A stretch of DNA of 64,000 nt from Candidatus Poribacteria bacterium (GTDB lineage: Bacteria > Poribacteria > WGA-4E > WGA-3G), in NCBI GenBank assembly GCA_964291315.2, contig OZ219753.1, forward strand, positions 2,624,001 to 2,688,000, read 5' to 3'. Below are positions 35,036-45,627 of this stretch, in pieces. A program made the position numbers and the translations under genes. Each line of letters opens with the position of its first letter. The stretch's first letter is position 1. Under the pieces are notes generated by a model, which did not search any database, was not told where the DNA came from, and saw nothing but the letters and a program-made list of their open reading frames with translations.

Positions 35036-35106
35036 CAGATAGGTTTTGGCGTGCAGGCACAACCTAACAGGTGATGCTACGAGGCAGAGTGGTTTGCGTT
35101 GGTGTC

Positions 35107-36103
35107 TCAGCTTCTATCCAACGCCTCTTGGAATGCGGCGAGGCTTGCTGTCTGTAGTGCCTCACGGCGGAGTGCCTTGAGGCGCGGCAGGGTATGGATC
35201 TGCTGGAGTGCGGAGGCCACCTATGATAAGGCGCTGCCGCTGAACCGCAGCTCCAAGGTCTCAAGGATGCCTTCTATCAGGCTCTCCCGGGTGCCCTCTT
35301 CTCTGCCCTCTTCTCTGCCCTCTTCTCTGCCGCGCTCTATGCCGCGTTCTATGCCTTGCTGAAGAAAATGTTGAATAACCGATGACTCTTGCATGATCGC
35401 CTCCATTATCGTCTCGCGAATCGACGAATACTCAAATATCAAACCGCTCAATATCGCTAAATCTGTCAGATAGTCTCCCTTTGACGCACTCCCCGTATAC
35501 ACTGACTCCGCAACCGATACACACCGCCGAAGCCAAGACTCACCCGACGTATCCGCCGAGGGACGCATCAACGGCGTGAAAGGAATCAAACCCTTCACAC
35601 CTGAATCCAGAAAATCAGAACCTTCTATATCATACAGACGGATCACCTTGTATCCAATCCGCACCTCATACCCAGGAGCCGATTGCACATACGCACCCGG
35701 ATCCCGATGTCCCGCACGCGGGTGCAGGTAGATGACGTGTGAATAAATCGGCAGTTGAAACTGCTCTATGGCCCTGCCGATGTAGCCCGCCATACGATAC
35801 TGCATCGACACAGAGCCACTATCCCGCGTCTGGATCTCAAGATGCACAATCGCGGGTTCTCCAGCGAGGCTCACCTCTATGAAGCTATCCGCCCTATTTG
35901 ACTTCACCGTCGGCTGCTCGGTCTCTAAGATACGGATTGCCTCCACATCTGTCCTGCCGAGGGCGAACTCTGTCCAATCCTGCAGGTTTTGATGGATAAT
36001 CGCTTTGGAAACAGTATCATATTGGCTGTGCCGCTTAGAAGTTGGCTGTTCTTGTTGATCTCCATAGTCGCTGGAATGCTCGTCCGGCCCTTTCTGTTAA
36101 CAT
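35107..36103 (-). pseudogene. Rpn/YhgA-like PD-(D/E)XK nuclease (recombination-promoting nuclease family) with premature TAG at 35221 and an N-terminal frameshift near 36090
   Basis: YDTVSKAII, RADS..HLEIQT, MQES, GIERG/REEG repeats; the typical helical tail (LQQIHTLPRLKALRREALQTASLAAFQEAL) lies in frame after the TAG. Confidence 0.8.
35293..35357 (-). repeat. 12-bp tandem coding repeat (GIER/GREE) in the Rpn gene
   Basis: CTCTGCCCTCTT-type unit repeated; encodes QGIERGIERGREEGREEGREEG. Confidence 0.8.
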
Positions 36104-36312
36104 GGGTGAGTTAATAGTATAATTTACCACATATAGACTGCGGAAGTCAAATCGAAAACAAAATATCTCTATGGCAAAGTATAGCAGATATAACCGGAAA
36201 AATCACACGATATCCGTTAAATAGAATGGCGAGGTTTTCCAACCTCGCCATAAAAAGGTTTATAACATCTGCGCAATTCGCGGCAGCTACAATTGAGATA
36301 ATTAACTATTTG

Positions 36313-37332
36313 TTAGTTCGCCAACTGAAAAATAATTGGAATTTCAAGGCGTAAACTCAGCCCCTCTTGTCCGTCTGGGAAAGGTGGATAAGGCACTGCG
36401 TTTCGGACAGCCGCGAGGGCAGTATTGTCAAGTGCTTTTGATCCAGACGAAATAGTGACTTCTGGATTCCGAACAGTTCCATCTTTGAAAAGCGTAAACC
36501 GGATCGTTGCAGAGGCCCCATCATCTAAATGTCGAACAAGTGGCGGAAAACGTTGCACCTGTTTAATCCGATCCCGCACCGCTTTCAGAAATTCGTTAAA
36601 CGCCTGCTTAGCGTCGCCTAAGCCTACTGAAGTGAGCTCAAGATTTCCGGGATCATGGAACTCTGTCTGTCCAAGATTCGTTCCCATGTCTAGCCTTGAA
36701 ACTAAATTGGTACTTTCAAATTTCGGCACTTCAAATTTTGGCATTGTGGTAACAACGTTCGCCTGTCCGGATCCCACGATCAGATCTCTACCGATCCCAG
36801 AGGCGCTCGGTACCACCATGGGGCGCGTAGAAATATTGCTCGTCGGTAGTGTGAACCGAGCATTGCCCATCGGGATCTTCGCGCTCGTCGTTACAGGCTG
36901 TCCTTTAGGAGTACGGATCTTAAACGTCTTCGGTTTTGATGCTCTCCGCGTTGTCCGCGGCGGTGTACGGCGTTTCGGCTGCGGTTTGTTGTGTGAAACA
37001 ACAACACTCCGTACTTTGTCCTCGTTCATTTCCAACACTGTTTTCCGAACCAGGTAAACCGTCAGCACAATCAATCCAGCCACATGCAGCCCTATTGCAA
37101 AACCGCCTGCTATCCGAATCGCAGTTTTTTTCCATGCTTTCGCAGCTACTCGATTCTGCCGTTGAGCGTCGGCAAGAGTCATTGAGGCGGGTATACCAGC
37201 TAACGTTTGCCTCTTTTTCACAACTTTCACCCGGACCTGAGGTTGTTCTTGCCCGGTCTTTGCTGCTAACTTTTTATTTCTCTGTTTTCTTTTCTGACAA
37301 CTCATACTGTAATAGGAAAGAGCATTGCTCAT
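36313..37332 (-). CDS. TonB-family energy transducer (TonB_C domain)
   Basis: TM helix, Pro/basic linker, C-terminal FTLFKDGTV..SSGSKALDNTALAAV..AVPYPPFP. Confidence 0.8.
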   Translation of the reverse strand: MSNALSYYSMSCQKRKQRNKKLAAKTGQEQPQVRVKVVKKRQTLAGIPASMTLADAQRQNRVAAKAWKKTAIRIAGGFAIGLHVAGLIVLTVYLVRKTVLEMNEDKVRSVVVSHNKPQPKRRTPPRTTRRASKPKTFKIRTPKGQPVTTSAKIPMGNARFTLPTSNISTRPMVVPSASGIGRDLIVGSGQANVVTTMPKFEVPKFESTNLVSRLDMGTNLGQTEFHDPGNLELTSVGLGDAKQAFNEFLKAVRDRIKQVQRFPPLVRHLDDGASATIRFTLFKDGTVRNPEVTISSGSKALDNTALAAVRNAVPYPPFPDGQEGLSLRLEIPIIFQLAN

Positions 37333-37404
37333 AAACTTGAACCCTCCTCAAGTTTCTGTAAATTACTATATTAGAATGGCCCCTCTTATAACCGAGCCTA
37401 CACC

Positions 37405-37908
37405 TTAATCTTCGTAGCTGAGCAGTTTGTACCTGTTATCTTTAGCGATAACTGAGCCCAGTATTCCCAATTCCTCTTTCTCCCCAGCGGCGCTCTGTAA
37501 TGTCAAAATGGTTCCACGCAAAATCTGGAATCCGTCATACGTCTCCTTCGGTCGATCAAAGTGGATACTCACAAACATCAGGTCCCGCCCTCCGTATCGC
37601 GCAATCCATTTTCTCATACCGATGTTACATTTCTTATTCAAGTTTGACCAGGAAAACTCGCCGGAAAAATTCGAGGGCGGACGACTCGCCGGAAACGCGG
37701 GCCAGATCCAAGCAAGATACGCTTCGCGTTGCACTCGCAACCTGTTCAACTGTTCAATATCTTTTCTATTCAGCGCGTCAACGACTGCCAGACCGAGCTG
37801 GTCTGGCGAGTCGAGGCTATGTTTCCAAACGGATTTTTCACATCCGACCCCGCTACTATAGACAAGTAGCACGGTTATGTAAACAGCGAGTTTACTAATT
37901 TGGGGCAC
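37405..37908 (-). CDS. Hypothetical lipoprotein
   Basis: Likely GTG start at 37908; hydrophobic signal ending GVGC lipobox; overlaps upstream gene end. Confidence 0.6.
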   Translation of the reverse strand: MPQISKLAVYITVLLVYSSGVGCEKSVWKHSLDSPDQLGLAVVDALNRKDIEQLNRLRVQREAYLAWIWPAFPASRPPSNFSGEFSWSNLNKKCNIGMRKWIARYGGRDLMFVSIHFDRPKETYDGFQILRGTILTLQSAAGEKEELGILGSVIAKDNRYKLLSYED

Positions 37909-39271
37909 TCGTTGTCCATCCGGTTGTCCAATTGTTAGACGGGCTGACACCGCCAATAAAGTCAACATTTTCAAAGAATCCATCAGCAGGCGGGGTTGCC
38001 GGAGATACTCCGTTAGTGCCCGCGCCGGGTGTGAAATCAGGTGCTCTCTTGTTGAAGGGTGCTTTCAACCCTGGATCCGTCTCCTCGTTCCCATTTTCGG
38101 CTGCAAAGCCGGCTTCATCAAAATCGTCGTCATCTTTCTCATCACCGAAATTGCCTTTCCCGTTCTCAAAGAAGATGCTGTTTTTCACAACCAACTTACC
38201 GCTATCTGCCTGAGCATGCGTCGATTCGTTGTTGATATCAAGCCCGACTTTATTAAACCCGGTAACAATAAAGTTCGCGAATGTGCCAGCTGCCCCCTCA
38301 CGAATTAACATGCCGTTATCGCTCTCTGGACCCGAGGGATCACCAACGAGCGTGGCGTTGTAGATAGTAGCAGCAGAACGCGGTGTCGCCTCGTTATCCT
38401 TGCTACTATTATCGACTTCAAAACCGTTATCGGCATCGTCACCATACTGCTGCACAACGAGAAACTGTGCTTTACCTGTCCAACCATCTGTCCAGTCAAA
38501 GGAATCATCACGTGCGCCGGTAACGATGACGTATTTAAGGTTGACGGTACCCCCGAACATCTCAACCCCGTCGTCTTGGTTCATATGAACTTGGACGTAC
38601 TCAACGACCGTACCGGAACCGACACCTTGGAATGCGATGCCGTTTAACTCGTTGTCAGGGCTAAATTCAATACCTGCATACTCAACACGGACATAGCGAA
38701 GTACCCCGCTGCTATCAGCAGGATTGTTTCCACCGAACGCCCCCGTGTCCCCTTCACCGAAAGCAACACCCTGGTTTGTTGGTGCATTTCCGTTGATAAT
38801 CAAACCGCCCCACTGCCCGCGCGCATGAGTGCCTTCAAACGCATCGCTTGACATTACAATAGGTGCGGACGCTATGCCATTTGCCATAATTTTGGCCCCT
38901 TGGGCAATAATCAGTGTACCGTTGCTGGCCTGTTCACCGAAAATCTTAACGCCAGGCTCGATGGTTAACGTTGCCCCACTTTCAACAAACACAGCACCCC
39001 GCAGTAGGTAATCGTAAGCTGCTGAGAGCGTTTTATCGGCATTCAACTTGCCTTCAAGTATAACCACCTGGCGACCATCAACCTCAATAATGGTTTCCGT
39101 TTGTTCCGGGACCCCTACATCGGTTTTGTCTGGCTCTTCGTCGTCTTCAGCCCCGCAACCGACAAAACTGAATGCTACCCCGATAGCGAATATCGCTACT
39201 AATTGAAAAAACCAGCTTTGATACAGCCTCTTCGCCTTCGTAGATGCAGGGGTCAACCCAATATTTAACAT
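37895..39271 (-). CDS. Acidic beta-helix lipoprotein commonly linked to TonB-dependent receptors
   Basis: Lipobox FVGC; GQWGGLII.G.A, SSGVLRYVRVEYAG, ELNG, DDGVEMFGG, DDSFDWTDGW, WTTGWT. Confidence 0.75.
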   Translation of the reverse strand: MLNIGLTPASTKAKRLYQSWFFQLVAIFAIGVAFSFVGCGAEDDEEPDKTDVGVPEQTETIIEVDGRQVVILEGKLNADKTLSAAYDYLLRGAVFVESGATLTIEPGVKIFGEQASNGTLIIAQGAKIMANGIASAPIVMSSDAFEGTHARGQWGGLIINGNAPTNQGVAFGEGDTGAFGGNNPADSSGVLRYVRVEYAGIEFSPDNELNGIAFQGVGSGTVVEYVQVHMNQDDGVEMFGGTVNLKYVIVTGARDDSFDWTDGWTGKAQFLVVQQYGDDADNGFEVDNSSKDNEATPRSAATIYNATLVGDPSGPESDNGMLIREGAAGTFANFIVTGFNKVGLDINNESTHAQADSGKLVVKNSIFFENGKGNFGDEKDDDDFDEAGFAAENGNEETDPGLKAPFNKRAPDFTPGAGTNGVSPATPPADGFFENVDFIGGVSPSNNWTTGWTTSAPN

Positions 39272-39391
39272 TAGCTAACTAAGCTCCTTTTTGTGTTTTC
39301 TACGCCTAACCAAAACGGCAGGCACTAATGCTTACGATCCGGTTATAAGTCCTATTTTGGTCCGGAATCGTTGTTGATTTACTTCATATTA

Positions 39392-39435
39392 AAGATACCA
39401 CCAAATTGTTACAGAAAAATGACATTCTTATGATA
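39392..39435 (-). promoter_or_regulatory. Pho-box promoter upstream of the lipoprotein-TonB genes
   Basis: Minus strand TATCATA-N4-TGTCATT-N4-TGTAACA, then 9 nt, then TATCTT; same spacing as the pstS promoter. Confidence 0.7.
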
Positions 39436-39480
39436 TTTTCTGATCTTACAAGAGCATGCTGATAGCTATTCACCCTTCCT

Positions 39481-42342
39481 CTACAAATTGTAGCTTATCC
39501 CGAACGAGAACGCTCTCCCGAGTTTATACCGAACATAAGTCGCTTCACCCTGCTTGAAATAGACATATGGATCGAGTAGATTTTTGGCGGAGAAACTAAC
39601 TTTGAAGTAATCAGCAACGACGCGACTAAAACTCGCGTCTAATTGGCTGCGCGCTTGCTCGTATACATCTGGGACCCCGTGATTCCCGACTTCGGAGAGC
39701 CTGCTGCCAAAAATGTTATATGCAATGGCGCTAGAAATCCCCGTATTCGAGTTCTCATAACCGACAGACACATTCACGATGTATGGACACTGGCCTTGTA
39801 AGGGGCGTTCAGAAGAGGTCTGAATACCGATGTCTGGTAACACCACCTGTGAAGAAATCAACGCAGCGTTTGTATTAATCGAAAAATTATGCAACGCCTC
39901 TGTAAGAACCCCGAGGTTCTGACGGGCTTCCAACTCCAAACCATAGTTATTCGCAGCCTCAGCATTCTCGTAAGTAATCCGTATTTCCGCCTGTGGCTGC
40001 ACAATCTGTTCAATTGGTTTTTGGAACCGCTTATAGAAAGCACTTACAGCTAAAACGCCGCCTGTCTGTGGAAAAGCCTCTAAACGGAAATCGTAGTTGT
40101 TAATTTGCGTCCGCTTTAACTCCGGATTGCCGAGGATGGTTCTACCGCCCACAAAATCCGTAAATTCAAACGGGGCGAGCTCCCGAAAATCAGGGCGAGT
40201 GATGGTCTGTGACGCGGCGACCCGCAAGTTCATCCGTTCCGTTAATCGATAGGTCAAGTTCGCCCCCGGCAGAAGGTCAAAGGTTTCTAAATCCGCTATA
40301 ATCGGTTCTGCCGCTGCAGAAAACGGGTCGTAGGTCGTCACCTTTTGCGCTGAAGATTCAAGCCTGAGCCCCGTCATGAACTGCCATTTTGCAGTTATCG
40401 GCATATCAAGCATGAGATAACCCGAGTAGATCGAATGATCTGCTAAGTAGTTATCGGTAGCGCGAGTGGACTCTCGCAATTCGAAGACCCGAGGTGCAAT
40501 GTTTTGGGCTTGAAAAAGTATTTCGGGCGGATCGGACAGATTGACGGTAGCGTCCAATCGGTCAGAAGGTAAGAATCTGAACCGACGTGCATCAAAGGTT
40601 CGAGTCCTGTCTCGGAGAAGTCCACCGAACTTGAAGTCCCCTTCAGTCCCAATCGGGACTTCCCAATCAAGGCGTGCGTTGTACTCATCGTCCTCAAGAT
40701 CGAAAAAGAACCTGCTACCACTATGCGTCACATCGCGGAACGTAAACGTTCCATCCCCTCTGTCTTCGTAGATATTCTCGCGGGTATCTGGCTCGGCTCG
40801 TGACGCGCGAGAATAGGTGAGCCGCCATTCCATAGAGACACTAGGCCGCTTCGGTCCCTCCAATTCGGGTTCAGGGATGGCAAAGTTATGGGTACCCGCA
40901 AGCTGCCCAGAAAAAAGCTGACGTTCAATGTAGCGGAGTCGAAAACTTCGCATATCTGTATTTCTATCGGCGTTGAAACCTGCCCACGTCCGAGTTTCAT
41001 CTTCGGCTGTATGCGTGAAAAGTGTACGAACGCTGAGTTGATGTTGCGAAGAAAAACGTAGACTCGCGTTCAGCACACTTCCCCAATCAACCTCATTCCC
41101 ACTCCGCTCAACACTATAGGAAGTCACGGGGGAAAGTGTCTCGTTTAAGCCGATACGGAAAGCGTTACGGACCTGTGTCCCGTAACTATGGCTATTGCCA
41201 TAAGAGATAACGCTTAAGTAACCGAACTCTTTACCCATGAAAGTATTACTATTGCCAAAACTGAATTTATAACCTTGGTTAACCGGAATGGATTGGCGTT
41301 CTGGGGACCAGATGTTAGAGAACGATTGCCCGAACTCTTGAATCTGCTCTGGCGTGAAACCTAATGGTGTAAAGCGTCCCCGCTCTCGGATTGGTAAATC
41401 TGCTGCACGTGTCTGAACAATCCCTGGAAGATCGCGCGAACCGTCGTCAAACCCTAGAAAGTCGAGTTCACCCCCGGGATACGTCAAACCATCCACGCCT
41501 GTTGTTTGTGTGTTAAAACCGCTTGACAGTGACAACGACATTTTCAGTTCTTCGGGAAAATCTTTTGTGAAAACTTGGACAGAGCCACCAGCAAAACCCC
41601 CTGGTTGATCCGGGGAGAAGGTTTTAACTGTCTGTAGACTCGCTAGTAGACTTGCCGGAAATATATCCATCGGCACAACCCGACGGTTGGGTTCAGGACT
41701 CGGTATCTCAACATTGTTAAGAAGGGTGTTACTGTACCGTTCTCCCAGCCCCCGGACAAACACGTAACGTCCTCCGACAATGCTAACCCCCGTTACGCGT
41801 TTAATCGCCTCGCCTGCGGAAGATGCGGGGAGCCGGCCAATTTCCTCGGTACTGATGCTGTCCTCAATTAGCGAACTGCGCATCCGTTGTTCCAGGAGCC
41901 CTCGCTCACTCGATCGGCTTAGCTGCACAGGCATCTTGATGGCATCAAGTTTGACGACTTGCGGGACAAGCGATATTTGCACCGGCGGCGGAGCTTGTCC
42001 AACGTTAACCTGAAAATCAGGGATCACATAGGTGTTATAAAAGAAAGCAGTCGCCTGAATTCTATAGGTGCCGGCCGGCAATTTTAAGGAAAACGCACCT
42101 ACCTCATCAGTTGTCACTAGAACCTCCGTATCTATAACCCGAACGACTACGCCCGGTAGAGGTTCCTGCGTTTGATTATCAACAACACGACCTGTTATTT
42201 CTACGTGCTGCCCTATTTCAGGATCGGCAGCACGCCCTTCACTAAATCCGAGTCCTGTTCCTATGATCAAAAGCAACAGACCGATGCAAAAACCTCTCTC
42301 AAAGCATGGGGCTCGGCAGCCGATATTTAGAACTTCTCTCAT
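39481..42342 (-). CDS. TonB-dependent receptor with N-terminal carboxypeptidase-regulatory-like domain
   Basis: GRVVD..T.EPLPG, VRGLGERY, RPDFRELAPF, GNPEL, KNLLD, C-terminal ISYNL. Confidence 0.93.
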   Translation of the reverse strand: MREVLNIGCRAPCFERGFCIGLLLLIIGTGLGFSEGRAADPEIGQHVEITGRVVDNQTQEPLPGVVVRVIDTEVLVTTDEVGAFSLKLPAGTYRIQATAFFYNTYVIPDFQVNVGQAPPPVQISLVPQVVKLDAIKMPVQLSRSSERGLLEQRMRSSLIEDSISTEEIGRLPASSAGEAIKRVTGVSIVGGRYVFVRGLGERYSNTLLNNVEIPSPEPNRRVVPMDIFPASLLASLQTVKTFSPDQPGGFAGGSVQVFTKDFPEELKMSLSLSSGFNTQTTGVDGLTYPGGELDFLGFDDGSRDLPGIVQTRAADLPIRERGRFTPLGFTPEQIQEFGQSFSNIWSPERQSIPVNQGYKFSFGNSNTFMGKEFGYLSVISYGNSHSYGTQVRNAFRIGLNETLSPVTSYSVERSGNEVDWGSVLNASLRFSSQHQLSVRTLFTHTAEDETRTWAGFNADRNTDMRSFRLRYIERQLFSGQLAGTHNFAIPEPELEGPKRPSVSMEWRLTYSRASRAEPDTRENIYEDRGDGTFTFRDVTHSGSRFFFDLEDDEYNARLDWEVPIGTEGDFKFGGLLRDRTRTFDARRFRFLPSDRLDATVNLSDPPEILFQAQNIAPRVFELRESTRATDNYLADHSIYSGYLMLDMPITAKWQFMTGLRLESSAQKVTTYDPFSAAAEPIIADLETFDLLPGANLTYRLTERMNLRVAASQTITRPDFRELAPFEFTDFVGGRTILGNPELKRTQINNYDFRLEAFPQTGGVLAVSAFYKRFQKPIEQIVQPQAEIRITYENAEAANNYGLELEARQNLGVLTEALHNFSINTNAALISSQVVLPDIGIQTSSERPLQGQCPYIVNVSVGYENSNTGISSAIAYNIFGSRLSEVGNHGVPDVYEQARSQLDASFSRVVADYFKVSFSAKNLLDPYVYFKQGEATYVRYKLGRAFSFGISYNL

Positions 42343-42744
42343 TTTGCTGTAATACTCTCCATGAGCTAGTATTAAAACCTTTTCTTAATTTAATCCTTTG
42401 TAGACCTGTTTAGGGGCGCGGACAGATTTTCACATCCATCCTTCACAGTTTACTACGTATGAAACAGGATATAAAACGCGCTAATAGTGTTTTGTTAACA
42501 CTTCTATTCTCAATCCTGTTCCAATAGTAGAAAAATTTTAATCTGTAAATGAAACAAAAATGTGTTATTTTTTTGTCAAAATCTAAAAAACAATTTTGTC
42601 AAGTCTCTAAATGTTGCTCTGCTTCTTGTTGGCTCAATCTGCCGACCGCTGAAGACCGTTTACGCTTTTCTCTTGATATTTTCATCTACACACTCTATAA
42701 TAATAAGTAAGCGGGTATCATTCGGTTGTATGGAAGGCGTTTTT

Positions 42745-43323
42745 ATGATAGCTGAGCTGCTCCGGAAAAGTATTCATTTATCAGGACTTATCCTACCGGT
42801 TATCTACCTCTTTTTCGATAAGCCTGCAATGCTAATTTTCGTCGGCATATTGACCGGCGTTGTGATTATCATAGAATTAGTGAAATGGATTTCCCTAAGC
42901 TTTAGCAATTTCTTTTTTCGAACATTTACACCGATGCTCCGGAGGCATGAACAGAGAGGCGCGATAACTGGGGCAACTTACTATGTAATCAGCACCTTCT
43001 TGTGTATTCTCTTCTTTAGTAAAACACTCGCTATTGTTTGCATCTTTTTCATGGTACTCGGAGATCTCGCGGCAGCGCTAGTGGGGAAAATGTGGGGCAG
43101 AACGAAACTCCTTGGCAGAAAGAGCTTAGAGGGTAGTCTTGCCTGTTTCATGGTCTGCGCTACAATTGCGTTAGTTCAATTACAACATCCTGTTATAGGA
43201 CTTATTGGTGCCTTAGTCGCAACAATTGTGGAGTTGCTTCCCCTCCAAATTGATGATAACCTGACCGTCCCGTTGGTTTCAGGGGCGGTGATGCACTTTC
43301 TACTGCAGAGCACACTCGCCTAA
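42745..43323 (+). CDS. Phytol/dolichol kinase-like (SEC59/DGK1, CTP-transferase family) membrane protein
   Basis: ELLRKSIH, GDLAAALVG, KSLEGS, DDNLTVP. Confidence 0.85.
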   Translation: MIAELLRKSIHLSGLILPVIYLFFDKPAMLIFVGILTGVVIIIELVKWISLSFSNFFFRTFTPMLRRHEQRGAITGATYYVISTFLCILFFSKTLAIVCIFFMVLGDLAAALVGKMWGRTKLLGRKSLEGSLACFMVCATIALVQLQHPVIGLIGALVATIVELLPLQIDDNLTVPLVSGAVMHFLLQSTLA

Positions 43324-43432
43324 CTTTTAGCGACATAGTAATTGTTCTACCTGGGAGCAAAATAGCAACTATCAGAGAATGGAGCGTCTGCTTTTAACGG
43401 GAGTTCAAAAAAAAGATTTAGAGGGGCTTTTC

Positions 43433-43508
43433 TGTAGCATATACTGTTAGGCTGTGCCTCTTCAGCTCTTATAGATCGGTGCTTGCAGCATATACTGTTA
43501 GGCTGTGC
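43433..43508. repeat. Two 25-bp direct repeats (REP-like) separated by 26 bp
   Basis: TG(T/C)AGCATATACTGTTAGGCTGTGC at 43433 and 43484. Confidence 0.7.
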
Positions 43509-43553
43509 AATGGAGATAAGCCAATAATTATCAAACTTACGTTAGTGTAAACC

Positions 43554-44672
43554 ATGGCACATATCAAACTTGACAATATTATAAAACGGTTCGGGGACGT
43601 TATCGCTGTTAAAGATTTTAATTTGGAAATTCAGGACAAAGAATTTGTCGTCTTCCTCGGACCCTCAGGCTGCGGTAAAACCACCACGCTCCGCCTCATC
43701 GCTGGCTTAGAGCATCCCGAAGAAGGCGATATTTTTATTGATAATCAGAGAGTTAACAATCTGTCACCAGCCGACCGAGACATCGCTTTTGTCTTCCAAT
43801 TCTATGCACTCTATCCGCACCTGAGCGTCTATGACAATATTGCTTTTCCACTGAAAGCGGTCAAGATCTCAAAGTCAGAGATCAAGGAGCAGGTAAAGCG
43901 GGTTGCAGAAATCTTACAAATATCGAACATGCTTAACCGCAAACCCAGCATGCTCAGCGGTGGAGAGATGCAACGCGTCGCGCTCGGACGCGCAATGGTC
44001 CGTCAACCTAAAGTCTATCTCCTTGACGAACCGATGGCGAATTTAGATGCCAAAATCCGCGTGGATACACGTGCCGAAATTAAACGGCTCCAACATGAGA
44101 TCGGGGCAACGACGATCTTTGTGACGCACGACCAAATCGAAGCGATGTCCTTAGCAGACAGAATAGCGGTTATTCATCAAGGGGTCCTACAGCAAATTGG
44201 AACACCTTACGAAGTTTATAACAGACCCGAAAGTCTTTTCGTTGCCGGGTTTATGGGGATGCCCACGATGAACTTGCTTGACGCTGAAATCACTGCGCAG
44301 GCAGGTAAATCTGTCCTGCACCTCAGCCATACCGATCTTTACTTGCCGCTACCGTCCAACAGAGAAGCGACTCTCAACACCGCTACACAGGAAAACGGTT
44401 TGGTCTTTGGAATTCGGCCTGAGCATATCACAGCGGTAAATCGACCCGACGAACGAAAAATTGCAGCTGAGGTTCACTTGGTCGAACCGCTCGGGGCCGT
44501 GAACATTCTTGACATACGCCTCGGAACACACTGCGATACCCAAGAACCTATTCTGCTTCGGGTTAGAACGCGGCCCAGCTTCCAGGCCGGGGTAGGGGAT
44601 ACCATCTGGTTAGGTTTCAACGAGCACGAGATGCATCTCTTTGACCGGAAGACAGAACGCGTTCTCTCGTGA
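43554..44672 (+). CDS. Sugar ABC transporter ATP-binding protein (MalK/UgpC family)
   Basis: GPSGCGKTT, YALYPHL, LSGGEMQRVALGR, DEPMANLDAK, GIRPEH. Confidence 0.92.
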   Translation: MAHIKLDNIIKRFGDVIAVKDFNLEIQDKEFVVFLGPSGCGKTTTLRLIAGLEHPEEGDIFIDNQRVNNLSPADRDIAFVFQFYALYPHLSVYDNIAFPLKAVKISKSEIKEQVKRVAEILQISNMLNRKPSMLSGGEMQRVALGRAMVRQPKVYLLDEPMANLDAKIRVDTRAEIKRLQHEIGATTIFVTHDQIEAMSLADRIAVIHQGVLQQIGTPYEVYNRPESLFVAGFMGMPTMNLLDAEITAQAGKSVLHLSHTDLYLPLPSNREATLNTATQENGLVFGIRPEHITAVNRPDERKIAAEVHLVEPLGAVNILDIRLGTHCDTQEPILLRVRTRPSFQAGVGDTIWLGFNEHEMHLFDRKTERVLS

Positions 44673-44730
44673 GGATGAGGTACAACACATTTTTTATCGG
44701 CAGATTCTGCCCCAAATGGAGTGAAAAGAC

Positions 44731-45555
44731 ATGGAGAGTGAAAACAGAAAAGACAGAAAAGTCCCGTGTCGCTTAGCAGCATTTGATTTGGATGGCACGC
44801 TGCTCAATAGCCAACACGCTTTATCAACTGAAAATCGAGAGGCACTTCAGGCACTCGTGACCAATGATATCCTTGTTGTTTTAATTTCAGGCCGGATGCA
44901 CCGTTCTATGAAACCGATTAGCGACCAGATCGGACTAGAGAGTCCTATTATTTCTTATAACGGCGGCATGATACGGCACGCAACATCTAGCGAAATTTAT
45001 CATCATATCCCGGTCCCAGCAGATTGCGCCCTGGCAATCGTTGACGCTTGCGCACAACAAGGATTACATCTCAACTTTTGTTTGAACGATGAACTCTATG
45101 TAACGGAACGGAACACTTGGAGTGAACTCTATGAAATACGGACAGGAGTGCCAGCAACACCAATCGGGGATTTACGCGAGCTAGCAGGAGAGACACCGAC
45201 GAAACTGCTTATTATTCACACACCCGAAGAATTACCCTCCCTTTTAAGCAACTTTCAAAATGACTACGGGAAAAAACTTTACGTTACACAAACCCAACCA
45301 GAATATATTGAATTTATGAACGCAGAGGTTAGTAAGGGACAAGCACTCTCAGTGCTTGCAAATCGGTTTGGCATCCCCATCGATACGGTCGTTGCCTTTG
45401 GCGATAGCTATAACGACGAAAGTCTACTGCAAACCGCAGGGTTCGGCATCGCAATGGCAAATGGGGTTACACCGATTCGTGCTTGTGCAGATTATATCAC
45501 CGGAACAAATGACGATAACGGGGTTGCAAGGGCCATCTCGGAATTGATTCTCTGA
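44731..45555 (+). CDS. Cof-type HAD-IIB hydrolase
   Basis: DLDGTLL, SGR, SKG, FGDSYND, NDDNGV. Confidence 0.92.
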   Translation: MESENRKDRKVPCRLAAFDLDGTLLNSQHALSTENREALQALVTNDILVVLISGRMHRSMKPISDQIGLESPIISYNGGMIRHATSSEIYHHIPVPADCALAIVDACAQQGLHLNFCLNDELYVTERNTWSELYEIRTGVPATPIGDLRELAGETPTKLLIIHTPEELPSLLSNFQNDYGKKLYVTQTQPEYIEFMNAEVSKGQALSVLANRFGIPIDTVVAFGDSYNDESLLQTAGFGIAMANGVTPIRACADYITGTNDDNGVARAISELIL

Positions 45556-45627
45556 GAGAGGCAAATCACGGCAATTCCCTGCTTATCCAGGGCATACGAT
45601 CACTCATTCTCTAAAGGGAGGAGGAAA

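Noticed and set aside
43433-43508. Mini CRISPR array (two 25-bp repeats, 26-bp spacer)
   Set aside because: Only two units, far from the cas genes, and the unit matches a REP-like hairpin also found at 35012.
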